From a virus: DNA of 64,000 bases. Below, piece by piece: positions 46,721 through 55,397 of the stretch. A model generated the notes under the pieces. That model was not told the origin of the DNA, ran no database searches, and was given only the letters and a program-made list of their open reading frames with translations. A program made the translations under genes and the position numbers. The stretch's first letter is position 1, and each line of letters starts with the position of its first letter. The DNA lies in the IMG/VR virus record IMGVR_UViG_3300028844_005216, positions 20,269 to 84,268 of that record; one strand, given 5' to 3'.

Positions 46721-47452
46721 TTAGTAATTAGCGTAAATATTTAAGACCTCCGAAACAACAGGGTGTCGCTCAACTTCATCTGAAGAAAATTCAACAACTC
46801 CAATCATGTCACTATGATATTGAGTAAGCCTATCAGTAAACATTTTCAATCCGTTATCCTGATATCCTCTATCGTGCTGTTCCAAATCTCCTGTGACCAC
46901 AAGTTTACTACAGTCGCCGACTCTTGTCAAGAGCATTTTCATTTGACTGTCAGTTGCATTCTGCATTTCGTCGGCAATGATCAAAGCATTTTTGAAAGTT
47001 CGTCCACGCATATATGCGAGCGGAGCGATTTCTATTACGTTATCTTTAATCATTTTTTCTATTTGATATGGAGCATAATACTCCTCAAATATATCGAACA
47101 TTGGTCGTGTCCACGGACCCATCTTTTCTACCAATGTTCCCGGCAAGAATCCATGTTGTTCATCAACACTCACTGCCGGTCTTGTGATAACTATTTTTTT
47201 AATTTCACCTTCTTGAAATTTTTTAATTGCATAGAGCGTGCTGATCAGGGTCTTTCCCGTACCCGCTGGTCCTATTGCAAAATTGATGTGTTTATTTGGA
47301 TTCTCCAAAAGACTTAGCAAATATCTCTGTTTAAGATTACGAGGTGTTATAGTTACTTCCATAACACGACGCTTTTTCAAGTGGGCATTCTCCTCTACTA
47401 GTTGCAGATGTTCAGCTTCCTTAACTTTGAGTCTTCTGTTTTTGCGTCCCAA
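46721..47452 (-). CDS. phoH: PhoH family ATPase
   Basis: GPAGTGKT, ITRPAV, GFLPG, APLAYMRGRTF, IADEMQN, LTR.G..SK.VVTGD..Q.DR, RHP. Confidence 0.96.
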   Translation of the reverse strand: MGRKNRRLKVKEAEHLQLVEENAHLKKRRVMEVTITPRNLKQRYLLSLLENPNKHINFAIGPAGTGKTLISTLYAIKKFQEGEIKKIVITRPAVSVDEQHGFLPGTLVEKMGPWTRPMFDIFEEYYAPYQIEKMIKDNVIEIAPLAYMRGRTFKNALIIADEMQNATDSQMKMLLTRVGDCSKLVVTGDLEQHDRGYQDNGLKMFTDRLTQYHSDMIGVVEFSSDEVERHPVVSEVLNIYANY

Positions 47453-47479
47453 ACAAAACCTCCTCCAGCCTCACAAAAC

Positions 47480-47487
47480 TATTTAGG
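47480..47487 (-). promoter_or_regulatory. T4-like late promoter variant (CCTAAATA) upstream of phoH
   Basis: Same variant recurs at 30582 and 57126. Confidence 0.5.
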
Positions 47488-47501
47488 AGATCGTGTTTTC
47501 A

Positions 47502-47894
47502 TCAATCGTCGCGACCTTCTATCAAATCAGTCCAAAGTTGGGCATATACAATTCCAAAGTCAGGACCATGTACACCATACTTACAAGTTCTACCTTCCTC
47601 GACTATTGAATCACCCACCCATGTAAATGCATGAGCGAGTTCGTGAATCATATTGACTCGACACAAATCTCGACCATGAGACGAATTTAAATATTCTTGA
47701 TCAAAAGCAATCTCAATATATTTTTTGTTTCCCTTGCCTTTTAATTCAGTAGTCGCATAACAGTCTTCCATTTTTTCTTCGGGAAGGAACACGACCTTAA
47801 TTGGATAACAGGCAACATGCCCCATCCAATCTGCCTGCTCAACCAGAGAACGAATATATCTTCTGGCTTTTTTATTTTCTTTGCTTAGTGACAT
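47502..47894 (-). CDS. Zn metallopeptidase-like protein (HExxH, SprT-like)
   Basis: IHELAH...HGPDF. Confidence 0.7.
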   Translation of the reverse strand: MSLSKENKKARRYIRSLVEQADWMGHVACYPIKVVFLPEEKMEDCYATTELKGKGNKKYIEIAFDQEYLNSSHGRDLCRVNMIHELAHAFTWVGDSIVEEGRTCKYGVHGPDFGIVYAQLWTDLIEGRDD

Positions 47895-47912
47895 TAATGT
47901 CCTTTTAAAAAA

Positions 47913-47989
47913 TGGTCGGGGCAGCAGGACTCGAACCTGCGGCTTTCTGCTCCCAAAGCAGACACTCTACCAGACTGAGCTATGCCCCG
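47913..47989 (-). tRNA. tRNA-Pro(UGG)
   Basis: CGGGGCA...TTGGGA anticodon loop...GTTCGAG...TGCCCCG-ACCA. Confidence 0.96.
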
Positions 47990-48076
47990 TGGTGTCGGAT
48001 GCGGGACTCGAACCCGCAAGACCATTAGGTCGGGAGATTTTAAGTCTCCTGCGTATACCAATTCCGCCAATCCGAC
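47990..48076 (-). tRNA. tRNA-Leu(UAA)
   Basis: GTCGGAT...CTTAAAA loop, long variable arm, GTTCGAG, ACCA. Confidence 0.96.
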
Positions 48077-48085
48077 ATAACATAT

Positions 48086-48286
48086 TCATTTATTCTTTCG
48101 ATCTTCCTTCCGTTTTTTCGCCACCACATATCTACGCTCTTGACGATTTAGATATATGAGATCCTCGGGCAAAAGATTATTCCAAGTATCGTCTCGCCAA
48201 GAAATCCGTTCTGCTGATTGACCTCTGTTATAATTAGCATTCTTCTTCGCTACCAGCTTTTTTCTCATAATCATTATCCTTATCAA
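48086..48286 (-). CDS. Small basic hypothetical protein inside the tRNA cluster
   Basis: ORF between tRNA-Thr and tRNA-Leu. Confidence 0.45.
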   Translation of the reverse strand: MIRIMIMRKKLVAKKNANYNRGQSAERISWRDDTWNNLLPEDLIYLNRQERRYVVAKKRKEDRKNK

Positions 48287-48295
48287 ATTAAAAAA

Positions 48296-48370
48296 TGGAG
48301 CCTTCTATCCGACTTGAACGGATGACCTGCTCATTACAAGTGAGCTGCTCTACCACTGAGCTAAGAAGGC
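48296..48370 (-). tRNA. tRNA-Thr(UGU)
   Basis: GCCTTCT...CTTGTAA loop...GTTCAAG...TCCA. Confidence 0.96.
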
Positions 48371-48378
48371 ATTAAAAA

Positions 48379-48465
48379 TGGTGGAGGGAGGAGGATTTGA
48401 ACCTCCGTAGGCATTATGCCAGCAGATTTACAGTCTGCCCCGTTTAACCGCTTCGGTATCCCTCC
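48379..48465 (-). tRNA. tRNA-Tyr(GUA)
   Basis: GGAGGGA...CTGTAAA loop, long variable arm, GTTCAAA, ACCA. Confidence 0.96.
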
Positions 48466-48475
48466 GATAATCATG

Positions 48476-48871
48476 TTAGCTATTGAACTTAGATATTCGA
48501 TGTTTCAATTCAGAACTACTCCACCCATGACCCCTTGGAATAATTTCAATATCAATATCCAAATCGCTACCCGTAAAATCATTTCGATCTTTATAGTCTT
48601 CGCCTAAGAAACGAACACTCGGCGCTAGAGCTATTAACAATGTTTCAAGTTCATGCTCATGTTGATATACTACAATTTCATCTACATACTTGCAGGCTTG
48701 CAATTGTAAAAATCTTTCGGAAACCAATTGTACGACCACGTTCTTATGTGCTGGAAATGTGTGAAAGGCAGCGATCAAATGATCACACCGCTCGCTCGCA
48801 TATCTCAAAGCACACACATGACCCGGATGAAGTAAGTCCCAACACGAAGCAATTATTCCAGTTTTCATCAA
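48476..48871 (-). CDS. TagD-like cytidylyltransferase
   Basis: WDLLHPGH, ER..QL.ACKYVDEI, R.LGEDY, R.HGWSSSELK. Confidence 0.88.
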   Translation of the reverse strand: MMKTGIIASCWDLLHPGHVCALRYASERCDHLIAAFHTFPAHKNVVVQLVSERFLQLQACKYVDEIVVYQHEHELETLLIALAPSVRFLGEDYKDRNDFTGSDLDIDIEIIPRGHGWSSSELKHRISKFNS

Positions 48872-48895
48872 TCATCTCCATATTAAATTAAAAAA

Positions 48896-48971
48896 TGGTG
48901 AACCCCCTGAGACTCGAACTCAGAACCTAAAGGTTAAAAGCCTTTTGCTCTACCAATTGAGCTAGGGGTCC
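48896..48971 (-). tRNA. tRNA-Lys(UUU)
   Basis: GGACCCC...CTTTTAA loop...GTTCGAG...ACCA. Confidence 0.95.
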
Positions 48972-48974
48972 ACA

Positions 48975-49051
48975 TGGCACACCCGATAGGACTTGAACCT
49001 ATGACCTACTGCTTAGAAGGCAGTTGCTCTATCCATCTGAGCTACGGGTGC
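48975..49051 (-). tRNA. tRNA-Arg(UCU)
   Basis: GCACCCG...CTTCTAA loop...GTTCAAG...GCCA. Confidence 0.96.
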
Positions 49052-49054
49052 GTA

Positions 49055-49213
49055 TTAGTAGATCTTCCTCACTAAAGAGGTTTGATCCGAATCACATAAT
49101 GGACAAACAAAACTAAAGCTATCTTCACCATGTGCATTTTCTTGAACATCAACAAATTCTACATCTCGTGTGTCTTGCCATTCATCACAATCTCCACACC
49201 AACATTCATTCAT
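49055..49213 (-). CDS. Small zinc-ribbon protein (52 aa, not in ORF track)
   Basis: MNECWCGDCDEW...FVCPLCDS...; ATGA coupling. Confidence 0.6.
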   Translation of the reverse strand: MNECWCGDCDEWQDTRDVEFVDVQENAHGEDSFSFVCPLCDSDQTSLVRKIY

Positions 49214-49410
49214 GACGGACCCTTCATCCAACTTTCATCATCATCATCATAAGGATCTTCATGATCGAAAACTTCACCGAAAAATTCACTCATATCCAAT
49301 CGAACTCTATTAAGTGCTAACTTCAAGTGAGAAATATCATCTGGATCAGAAAGATTTTCAAGAACCACAAGCACTGGATCTAGAAGTTCTTCAATAATAG
49401 CAGTCTTCAT
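49210..49410 (-). CDS. Hypothetical acidic protein
   Basis: Coupled ORF. Confidence 0.55.
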   Translation of the reverse strand: MKTAIIEELLDPVLVVLENLSDPDDISHLKLALNRVRLDMSEFFGEVFDHEDPYDDDDESWMKGPS

Positions 49411-49598
49411 TCTGGGTATCCTCCGATATCCTCAAGCTCTCGATTCATATCTTCTAGCAGAGAGGCAACGATAATGTGTGCAGTATGTAAAACAGAATCC
49501 GATTCAGGGTCTACAATCTCATCCCTGAAAATGGATAGTTCTGATTCAATCCTATTGATTGAATTCTCTACTATATATCGAATATTGGGGACATTCAT
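49407..49598 (-). CDS. Hypothetical protein
   Basis: AAGGAG RBS before MNVPNI. Confidence 0.55.
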   Translation of the reverse strand: MNVPNIRYIVENSINRIESELSIFRDEIVDPESDSVLHTAHIIVASLLEDMNRELEDIGGYPE

Positions 49599-49599
49599 T

Positions 49600-49989
49600 T
49601 TACTCATTCTCCTTCTTAATACCGATCTTGTTGAGAACCCGAAGTCTATTAATATGATTCTCGTCATGGTTTTCGTAATCATTGTGAGAGTGTCGTTTAA
49701 TCGTAGCCTTTACGATATAACAACAATCAACTTCAAGGGGATCATCCCCGTGTTTAATGTCATCAGAGAAACTAATGAAAAGATTGTTGCCCTCATCAAC
49801 AAACTTAAATACGCTGTATCCCTGTCTCGTAGAGTTCACCGAAAGAAATTTCAAAAACATGTTCCGGCGATCACCAGTCTCGTACATTGGAATCGATTTT
49901 CTAGGTGTGTCACCGAGATTGGTGTAAAAAGGACGAGTGACGGAAATTCCATCATAATCCGTTTCAATAAAAGCAGAAGCAGCAGACAT
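49600..49989 (-). CDS. Hypothetical beta-rich (OB-like) protein
   Basis: FKFVDEGNNL, VKATIKRH, INR; GGAG RBS. Confidence 0.55.
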   Translation of the reverse strand: MSAASAFIETDYDGISVTRPFYTNLGDTPRKSIPMYETGDRRNMFLKFLSVNSTRQGYSVFKFVDEGNNLFISFSDDIKHGDDPLEVDCCYIVKATIKRHSHNDYENHDENHINRLRVLNKIGIKKENE

Positions 49990-50042
49990 ATAATCAAATC
50001 TCCAAAGATGTTATGCGTGATAGTAGCGGCAGAACCGATGAA

Positions 50043-51281
50043 CTAGAAGGGAGCAATGTCAACACTCGCAGTCGATTCAGCAGGAGCATCAGAATCAGCA
50101 ACCACTTCAGTCGGAGCGTTAGCATCGGCATCAATCTTCTTATAAAGATCAACAAACGATTCCTTCGTTTCCTCATCGAACCGAGCAACACAAAGCTCGA
50201 CTGCCTTGAGACGATCACCGAAGATCGAGAACGCCTTGGCAATGTGAATCAATCGACGAGTCGCAATGATCTCGTCAACCCCACCATCGAAGAACGTCTT
50301 ACGAATGGTGTCTGCCCAACTAACAAGCAGACCAGCAAACTCATTATCCTCGACACCGAGAATCTTGAGTTCCTTCGCAACGATCTTCTTCTCAACAGTC
50401 ATCGAAGGATAGGATTGTTCAAACGTAATCGGGAACCGCTCAAGGAACGCTTCGTTCAGTACGTTAGTTCCGATGAAGCGACCAGCCTCATCACCCTTAC
50501 CCTTAGTGTTTGCAGTAGCAACAATGTTGAAACCCGGAGCAGGCTCAACCACTTCACCAATCTTCTTGAGAAAGAGAGGCTTGCCTTCAAGCACCGGCTG
50601 GAGACACATGATCTTATTAGAAGCAAGATCAATTTCGTCGAGAAGCAAAACAGCACCACGCTCCATTGCTTCCGTCACCGGACCCTTCTGATAAACGGTC
50701 TGTCCGTCAATCAATCGGAAGCCACCGATCAAATCATCCTCATCGGTTTCGATGGTAAGGTTGACGCGAATGCATTCACGACCAGCCTTGGCACATGCCT
50801 GCTCAACACCGAACGTCTTACCGTTACCGGAAAGACCAGTGATGAACATCGGGTAGAACATTTCCGAAGAAATGATCGTATGCCAATCAGCGAAAGAACC
50901 AAAGGGAACGAAGTTCTTCGACTTCGCCGGAACCAGACCATCAAGCAACTGGGACCGAACCGAAGAAGTACCGTCAGCAGAATCATCTGCATCAGCAACC
51001 GGAGTAGCAACTACTTTCTTGGATACCTTCTTCTTGGCTACCCGCTTAACAGCAGGAGCAGAAGAACCACCCTCAAATTGAGCCGGGACCGAATAAAGTC
51101 CGCGACCAGCAGCAAACTTGCCACCCATCAACCAAGTCGGAATAGGAAGATCGTTATCCTCGCAGAGCGACATAACTTGCGCTCGTGTGATCGTCGATCC
51201 AAACTCTTTCGTCGCAACAGCGATGAAAGCATTCTTATCAGCGATAGTAGCACGACCTTGACGATTAGACATATTATACAT
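50043..51281 (-). CDS. MoxR/CobS-like AAA+ ATPase
   Basis: GLSGNGKT, RVNLTIETDEDDLIGG, LLLDEID, ATANTKG.G, NEAFLERF, I.TRRL. Confidence 0.92.
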   Translation of the reverse strand: MYNMSNRQGRATIADKNAFIAVATKEFGSTITRAQVMSLCEDNDLPIPTWLMGGKFAAGRGLYSVPAQFEGGSSAPAVKRVAKKKVSKKVVATPVADADDSADGTSSVRSQLLDGLVPAKSKNFVPFGSFADWHTIISSEMFYPMFITGLSGNGKTFGVEQACAKAGRECIRVNLTIETDEDDLIGGFRLIDGQTVYQKGPVTEAMERGAVLLLDEIDLASNKIMCLQPVLEGKPLFLKKIGEVVEPAPGFNIVATANTKGKGDEAGRFIGTNVLNEAFLERFPITFEQSYPSMTVEKKIVAKELKILGVEDNEFAGLLVSWADTIRKTFFDGGVDEIIATRRLIHIAKAFSIFGDRLKAVELCVARFDEETKESFVDLYKKIDADANAPTEVVADSDAPAESTASVDIAPF

Positions 51282-51330
51282 TACCTTTTTTTATTGAAAT
51301 ACAAACTAACATTAAGTGAAACAAAGTTTA

Positions 51331-53820
51331 CTAAGAGATAGTCTCAATAAACTTCTTGAGCAGGACTCGGGACTTGATCTTGCCCTTGGAACCCTTTTTG
51401 AATGCCGAGCGAATCTGCCCAACCTTCGCACCATGAGCAACCGAATCGAGAGGATTGCTGTCATCAGTATTCAGAGAAGAACCACCCTGAATAGCGAACC
51501 TAACATCGTAACCATCACAACCAGTCACGACTGCGCCATCCCGTTTCAAGACAGCATAGGATTCATCAGCCACTTCATGATCATTAACGATCCTCCTCAA
51601 TTCGTTCTTGGCATTGCGACCATTTGAAGGAAGGACATAGAACCCAACGATACGAACATCGGTGCGTGCCTTCATACCATCAAGAATGAACGCAGTCTGA
51701 TCAGAGCGACCATAACGACGACCCGAAAGTTTCATCGTTTTGCGTGTCAGTTCATCATAAAGATACTGAAATTCAGCACCATAAGAACCAAGAGAAGCTG
51801 GAACCAGACCACCATCTTCACTAAAGGCAGCACGATAGTACAGAGGGTTAGAATCTCCGTCGCTCAGAATAACAAGGTTGCAAATCTGAACACCAGTCTT
51901 ATCACGAAAATCATTGATTAGACCAGAAGCCAAAATCAAAGCATCGTTTAGCGGAGTAGACCCCAATTGATCAGAGTCTACCATTCTCATGTAATACTTA
52001 TTAGTCCAATTGCAATCGTTTCGGCTAGTATAGTTTGACCAAAATTCCTTCATGAAGAAGATATATTCAAGAGCCTTCTTAAACATACCAGCCTTCAAGT
52101 CAGAAGAGATGAACTCCCGAAGATAAACCTCATTATCAAGCATCACATCATCAGGCAAGTAATTCGGAAATGCATTATCCGCAGACCCCCCCCATTGACG
52201 CATAAACGAATCATTGAAACCATACACCCTGAATGGAATCTGAACACGCTTGCAGAACAGAACCAGATTGATCAACTGCTCCAGAGTACCAGCCATGTTA
52301 GGCTGCATGGAACCCGAAAGATCCAGCATCATAATCATGCCATGATTCTTAGCATCAGGCATGATTGACTTGCGAAGGAAAAGATCCTCCTCATACTTGT
52401 AAGCATGAAGTTTGCCAACGTTGATAACACCCGTCCGAGAAGTCGAAGAGCGACGATGCTGGTCAGCAGCTTTCTTCATATCAAACTCTTTCGCCATCAA
52501 AGAGACGACAGGCTTGACAGAAGAAACATACTTCGCACACTCAGCCGAAAGCTCAGCCTGAAAAGCAGCGACATTATTTTCGCCATTATTACCCAAGTGG
52601 TATTCCTGCTTTGCGACAAACTCCTCAAGAATGCGCTTCGTATCATGAACATGCTTAGTATAATCAACTCGATCAAACGGAATAGCACATCGTGTAGTAG
52701 AGGCACCAAGTTTATCAGAAAGCGACTCTGCATTCTCGCGACTAGCCTCGTCGGTCTTGGACGCCGGTTCATAGTCAGGATTGAAAGCATCACCCTTGCC
52801 AGCATCACCCGTAGTCACATCGCCGCCGCTGTCCTCGTCGCCATCATCGTCTGAATCGGAGTCGGAAGAATCATCACCCTCATCGTCATCCTCATCAGCA
52901 TCGGAACCAGAACTTGCCGAATCAGCATCACCCTCATCATCACCCTCATCATCACCGTTAGGCGTGATTGTGTCAGAAGAAAAATCACCCTCGTCATCCG
53001 AATCATCAGACGATTTATTATCATCAGAAGACTTGTTATCATCAGGAGAATCAGAATCACCTTCATCAGAAGAGTCGCCATCACTAGAACCAGAATCAGA
53101 ATCATCAGGCTCACCATCTTCATCAGGCTCACCATCTTCGCAAGGTGCACCTTGGGTATCCTGATCATCCTCGTCCTGATTGTCCAACATATATTCGTAA
53201 ATATCATTGGCAAGAGCAACCGCTTCATCGAACGACTCAAGAGCATAGCCTCGATCAAGGAAGCTAAGCTCATCGTCATTATGGAACGGAATCATAGAAG
53301 CAAGATCCGAACCACACTTGAAACGAATGTTGAGACGATCAGCAACGTTGCCATTAGCAGCAACGTCGGCAAGCGAGTCGCCGAAGAAGCCCGCATCAAT
53401 CAATCGCTTGTAACCTTCGCTGAAGTCAGATCGAAGACCGGGATACTTGCGCTTAACACGCTTCTCAATCCGAACGTCCTCAGTCACATTGAGAATCGAA
53501 CGATACCCATTGCTCTCGATATACTCAGCAGGAATCAATGCACTACCAAACGCATCAACTGGAGTGTATAGCGCGTGACCAATCTCATGACCCGCGAAGA
53601 GAAGATAGCAAACCTTCGGCATATCTTTAAAAGCCGGAAGAGTCAGCGTCCGAGTTTTTGTGTTGAACATCGCAGTATGAGCAGAAGGATCATGAATAAC
53701 ATTCAAATCCTCGGTGGCAAACAACCGCGCAAGCTGATTGAGAGCGTCGATGTTAACTGGATTGCGGTAATAAGCAGTACGTTCATCCGAAGTGAGTAGC
53801 GCGTCAGAGTTGAAATTCAC
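51331..53820 (-). CDS. Metallopeptidase-like + acidic linker + VWA protein (CobT-like partner of the AAA+ ATPase)
   Basis: LFATEDL.V, GHEIGHAL.TP, NV.ED.RIE, MLDLSGSM MIDAS, STPLNDA, LSDG. Confidence 0.88.
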   Translation of the reverse strand: MNFNSDALLTSDERTAYYRNPVNIDALNQLARLFATEDLNVIHDPSAHTAMFNTKTRTLTLPAFKDMPKVCYLLFAGHEIGHALYTPVDAFGSALIPAEYIESNGYRSILNVTEDVRIEKRVKRKYPGLRSDFSEGYKRLIDAGFFGDSLADVAANGNVADRLNIRFKCGSDLASMIPFHNDDELSFLDRGYALESFDEAVALANDIYEYMLDNQDEDDQDTQGAPCEDGEPDEDGEPDDSDSGSSDGDSSDEGDSDSPDDNKSSDDNKSSDDSDDEGDFSSDTITPNGDDEGDDEGDADSASSGSDADEDDDEGDDSSDSDSDDDGDEDSGGDVTTGDAGKGDAFNPDYEPASKTDEASRENAESLSDKLGASTTRCAIPFDRVDYTKHVHDTKRILEEFVAKQEYHLGNNGENNVAAFQAELSAECAKYVSSVKPVVSLMAKEFDMKKAADQHRRSSTSRTGVINVGKLHAYKYEEDLFLRKSIMPDAKNHGMIMMLDLSGSMQPNMAGTLEQLINLVLFCKRVQIPFRVYGFNDSFMRQWGGSADNAFPNYLPDDVMLDNEVYLREFISSDLKAGMFKKALEYIFFMKEFWSNYTSRNDCNWTNKYYMRMVDSDQLGSTPLNDALILASGLINDFRDKTGVQICNLVILSDGDSNPLYYRAAFSEDGGLVPASLGSYGAEFQYLYDELTRKTMKLSGRRYGRSDQTAFILDGMKARTDVRIVGFYVLPSNGRNAKNELRRIVNDHEVADESYAVLKRDGAVVTGCDGYDVRFAIQGGSSLNTDDSNPLDSVAHGAKVGQIRSAFKKGSKGKIKSRVLLKKFIETIS
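52820..53185 (-). repeat. Low-complexity Asp/Ser/Gly/Glu coding repeats
   Basis: EDGEPDEDGEPD, DDNKSSDDNKSS, DDEGDDEGD duplications. Confidence 0.8.
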
Positions 53821-53877
53821 GAGTAAAACCTTTAATGAAAGAAACGAAAAGAAAAGAAAAACCAGAGAGGCTAGGAA

Positions 53878-54345
53878 CTAACGAAGCGACCGCGAGGCGC
53901 GAACCATGTTATCATGCGCTCGTCGCGACTTGTCTAGAGAGTTGACACCAGAACCACCAGAGACACGAACCTTACTGGATCGCTTGAATCCCGCAGAAGT
54001 TCTAGTCGGAAGAACTTCAATAGAACCCCCGTTGGCTAGGAAAGCTCGCATCGACTTGGAATCAGAAGAACCAGAAGACAACCGAAGAGTGTAATCGGCA
54101 GAAGCGCGAGTGACTCGCTTCGCTGCTTTGGGAAAAACAAGGGACTTGAATTCGACCCGCGCAGTCCGAACCTTGGAAGCATCGACAGCAGCAGCGCGTC
54201 GGATGTTAGTCGCGATGGCTCGCTTGATCGCAGCAGGACGATGGTGAAGGGGAAGCGCAAGAATACGCTCCGCGCCTGCTAGAGAATCATCGCCAATAGC
54301 AAGCAAGATATCGGCAAGGGTGGTAAAGCGGGAAATGACGTACAT
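53878..54345 (-). CDS. Basic Ala/Arg-rich hypothetical protein, first gene of an early operon
   Basis: GAGGAG RBS before MYVISR; directly downstream of a sigma70 promoter. Confidence 0.65.
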   Translation of the reverse strand: MYVISRFTTLADILLAIGDDSLAGAERILALPLHHRPAAIKRAIATNIRRAAAVDASKVRTARVEFKSLVFPKAAKRVTRASADYTLRLSSGSSDSKSMRAFLANGGSIEVLPTRTSAGFKRSSKVRVSGGSGVNSLDKSRRAHDNMVRASRSLR

Positions 54346-54374
54346 GGTGATTTTTCTCCTCAATCAACAAACAA

Positions 54375-54403
54375 ATTATACCGCAGCATACCCTCTAGGG
54401 CAA
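54375..54403 (-). promoter_or_regulatory. Sigma70-type early promoter
   Basis: TTGCCC-17 nt-TATAAT. Confidence 0.65.
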
Positions 54404-54439
54404 TAGGTTTATCCCCCACGGGGGAAAATAGTTGGTTTG

Positions 54440-54452
54440 TAAGTGGTTGATT
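54440..54452 (-). promoter_or_regulatory. IHF-binding consensus site
   Basis: AATCAACCACTTA matches WATCAANNNNTTR. Confidence 0.55.
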
Positions 54453-54528
54453 TTATTGAGGAATTAGACTTTCTTTTCTAGGGGCTCTGTGTTGAGTCTC
54501 AGAGCTTCCCTCGGGGGATAAAAGACGC

Positions 54529-54565
54529 AAAAAAGGGTCACGGGGAGCGTTTCCCCCATGACCCT
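54529..54565 (-). terminator. Rho-independent terminator
   Basis: AGGGTCATGGGGGAAACGCTCCCCGTGACCC-TTTTTT. Confidence 0.75.
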
Positions 54566-54969
54566 AAATGTAAGCACCAGTTTTCTTTGTCAAGTGGCCT
54601 AAATACTTTTAAATGTTGCCAAAAAACTATTATATATATTATAGAGTTTCTAAAGAAAATCCTTGAAACTCATATGGTTCAAGAAAACAACATGATCAAA
54701 TAAATAAAAACGTTGATCCAACGGATCAACAATCGTCCGAAGGACGATTTCTTTAGAAAAAGATTTTGCTCATCCCAATCCTAATCGAATAACCACTTAA
54801 AGTACGTTTCGGTAAACTCCGATAACGTCTCCTTCTGCATCTCCGCATTGTGCATTCTCCCACATTCAACTTTCGCGTACTATCACGCCTAACACTCGTA
54901 GCATCATTCGATAACTACAAGTGTATGTAGAAGATTTTATAAAAAAACTCTATGAACTTCTGGTTAAGT

Positions 54970-55332
54970 TTACGCTTTATCTATAAACTTGAATGCTAAA
55001 TCCACTAACCAAATCACCGCAGAAAATAAAACGGCAATTACTGAGAATGCTGTATATATTTTTATTTTAATTTTAGTGAGTTCATCCGTAAGATCAAACA
55101 CCCGGTTTTCCAATTCTTCAATAGATTCCGAGTGATCTTTGGAGTGGTGTACACTTGACGATAAAGATCTTTTAAATTCCTCAATATCATCTTTCGTCAT
55201 TGTACCAATTCCAGAGAGAGATATAATGGTTTGCAAATTACGCAATTTGTGTTTCAAATCTTTCAGCTCTTGTTCTAAAGCACCAAATTCTCGATCTGTA
55301 ACAGATATAGATTTCTGCTCTGGGCTCGACAT
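54970..55332 (-). CDS. Coiled-coil protein with C-terminal TM
   Basis: Heptad pattern, hydrophobic IYTAFSVIAVLFSAVIWLV; TATAAATA at 55369-55376. Confidence 0.6.
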   Translation of the reverse strand: MSSPEQKSISVTDREFGALEQELKDLKHKLRNLQTIISLSGIGTMTKDDIEEFKRSLSSSVHHSKDHSESIEELENRVFDLTDELTKIKIKIYTAFSVIAVLFSAVIWLVDLAFKFIDKA

Positions 55333-55397
55333 CCCTTTATCCTTTATATGTATACGACAATTAAACCATATTTATATAATGAACTAAGGGTTTTCCC

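Noticed and set aside
50013-51341. 442-aa plus-strand ORF, and other long antisense ORFs (34646..35269, 49474..50046, 52781..53164)
   Set aside because: Antisense shadows of well-supported minus-strand genes; no recognisable motifs, and explained by codon bias
52820-53185. CRISPR-like or DGR-like repeat array
   Set aside because: Repeats are in-frame low-complexity coding duplications with no constant repeat-spacer period; no cas or reverse transcriptase gene in the window
50043-53820. cobS/cobT as cobalamin-biosynthesis auxiliary genes
   Set aside because: No cobN or other cob genes; the phage MoxR-VWA pair is widespread and carries extra domains
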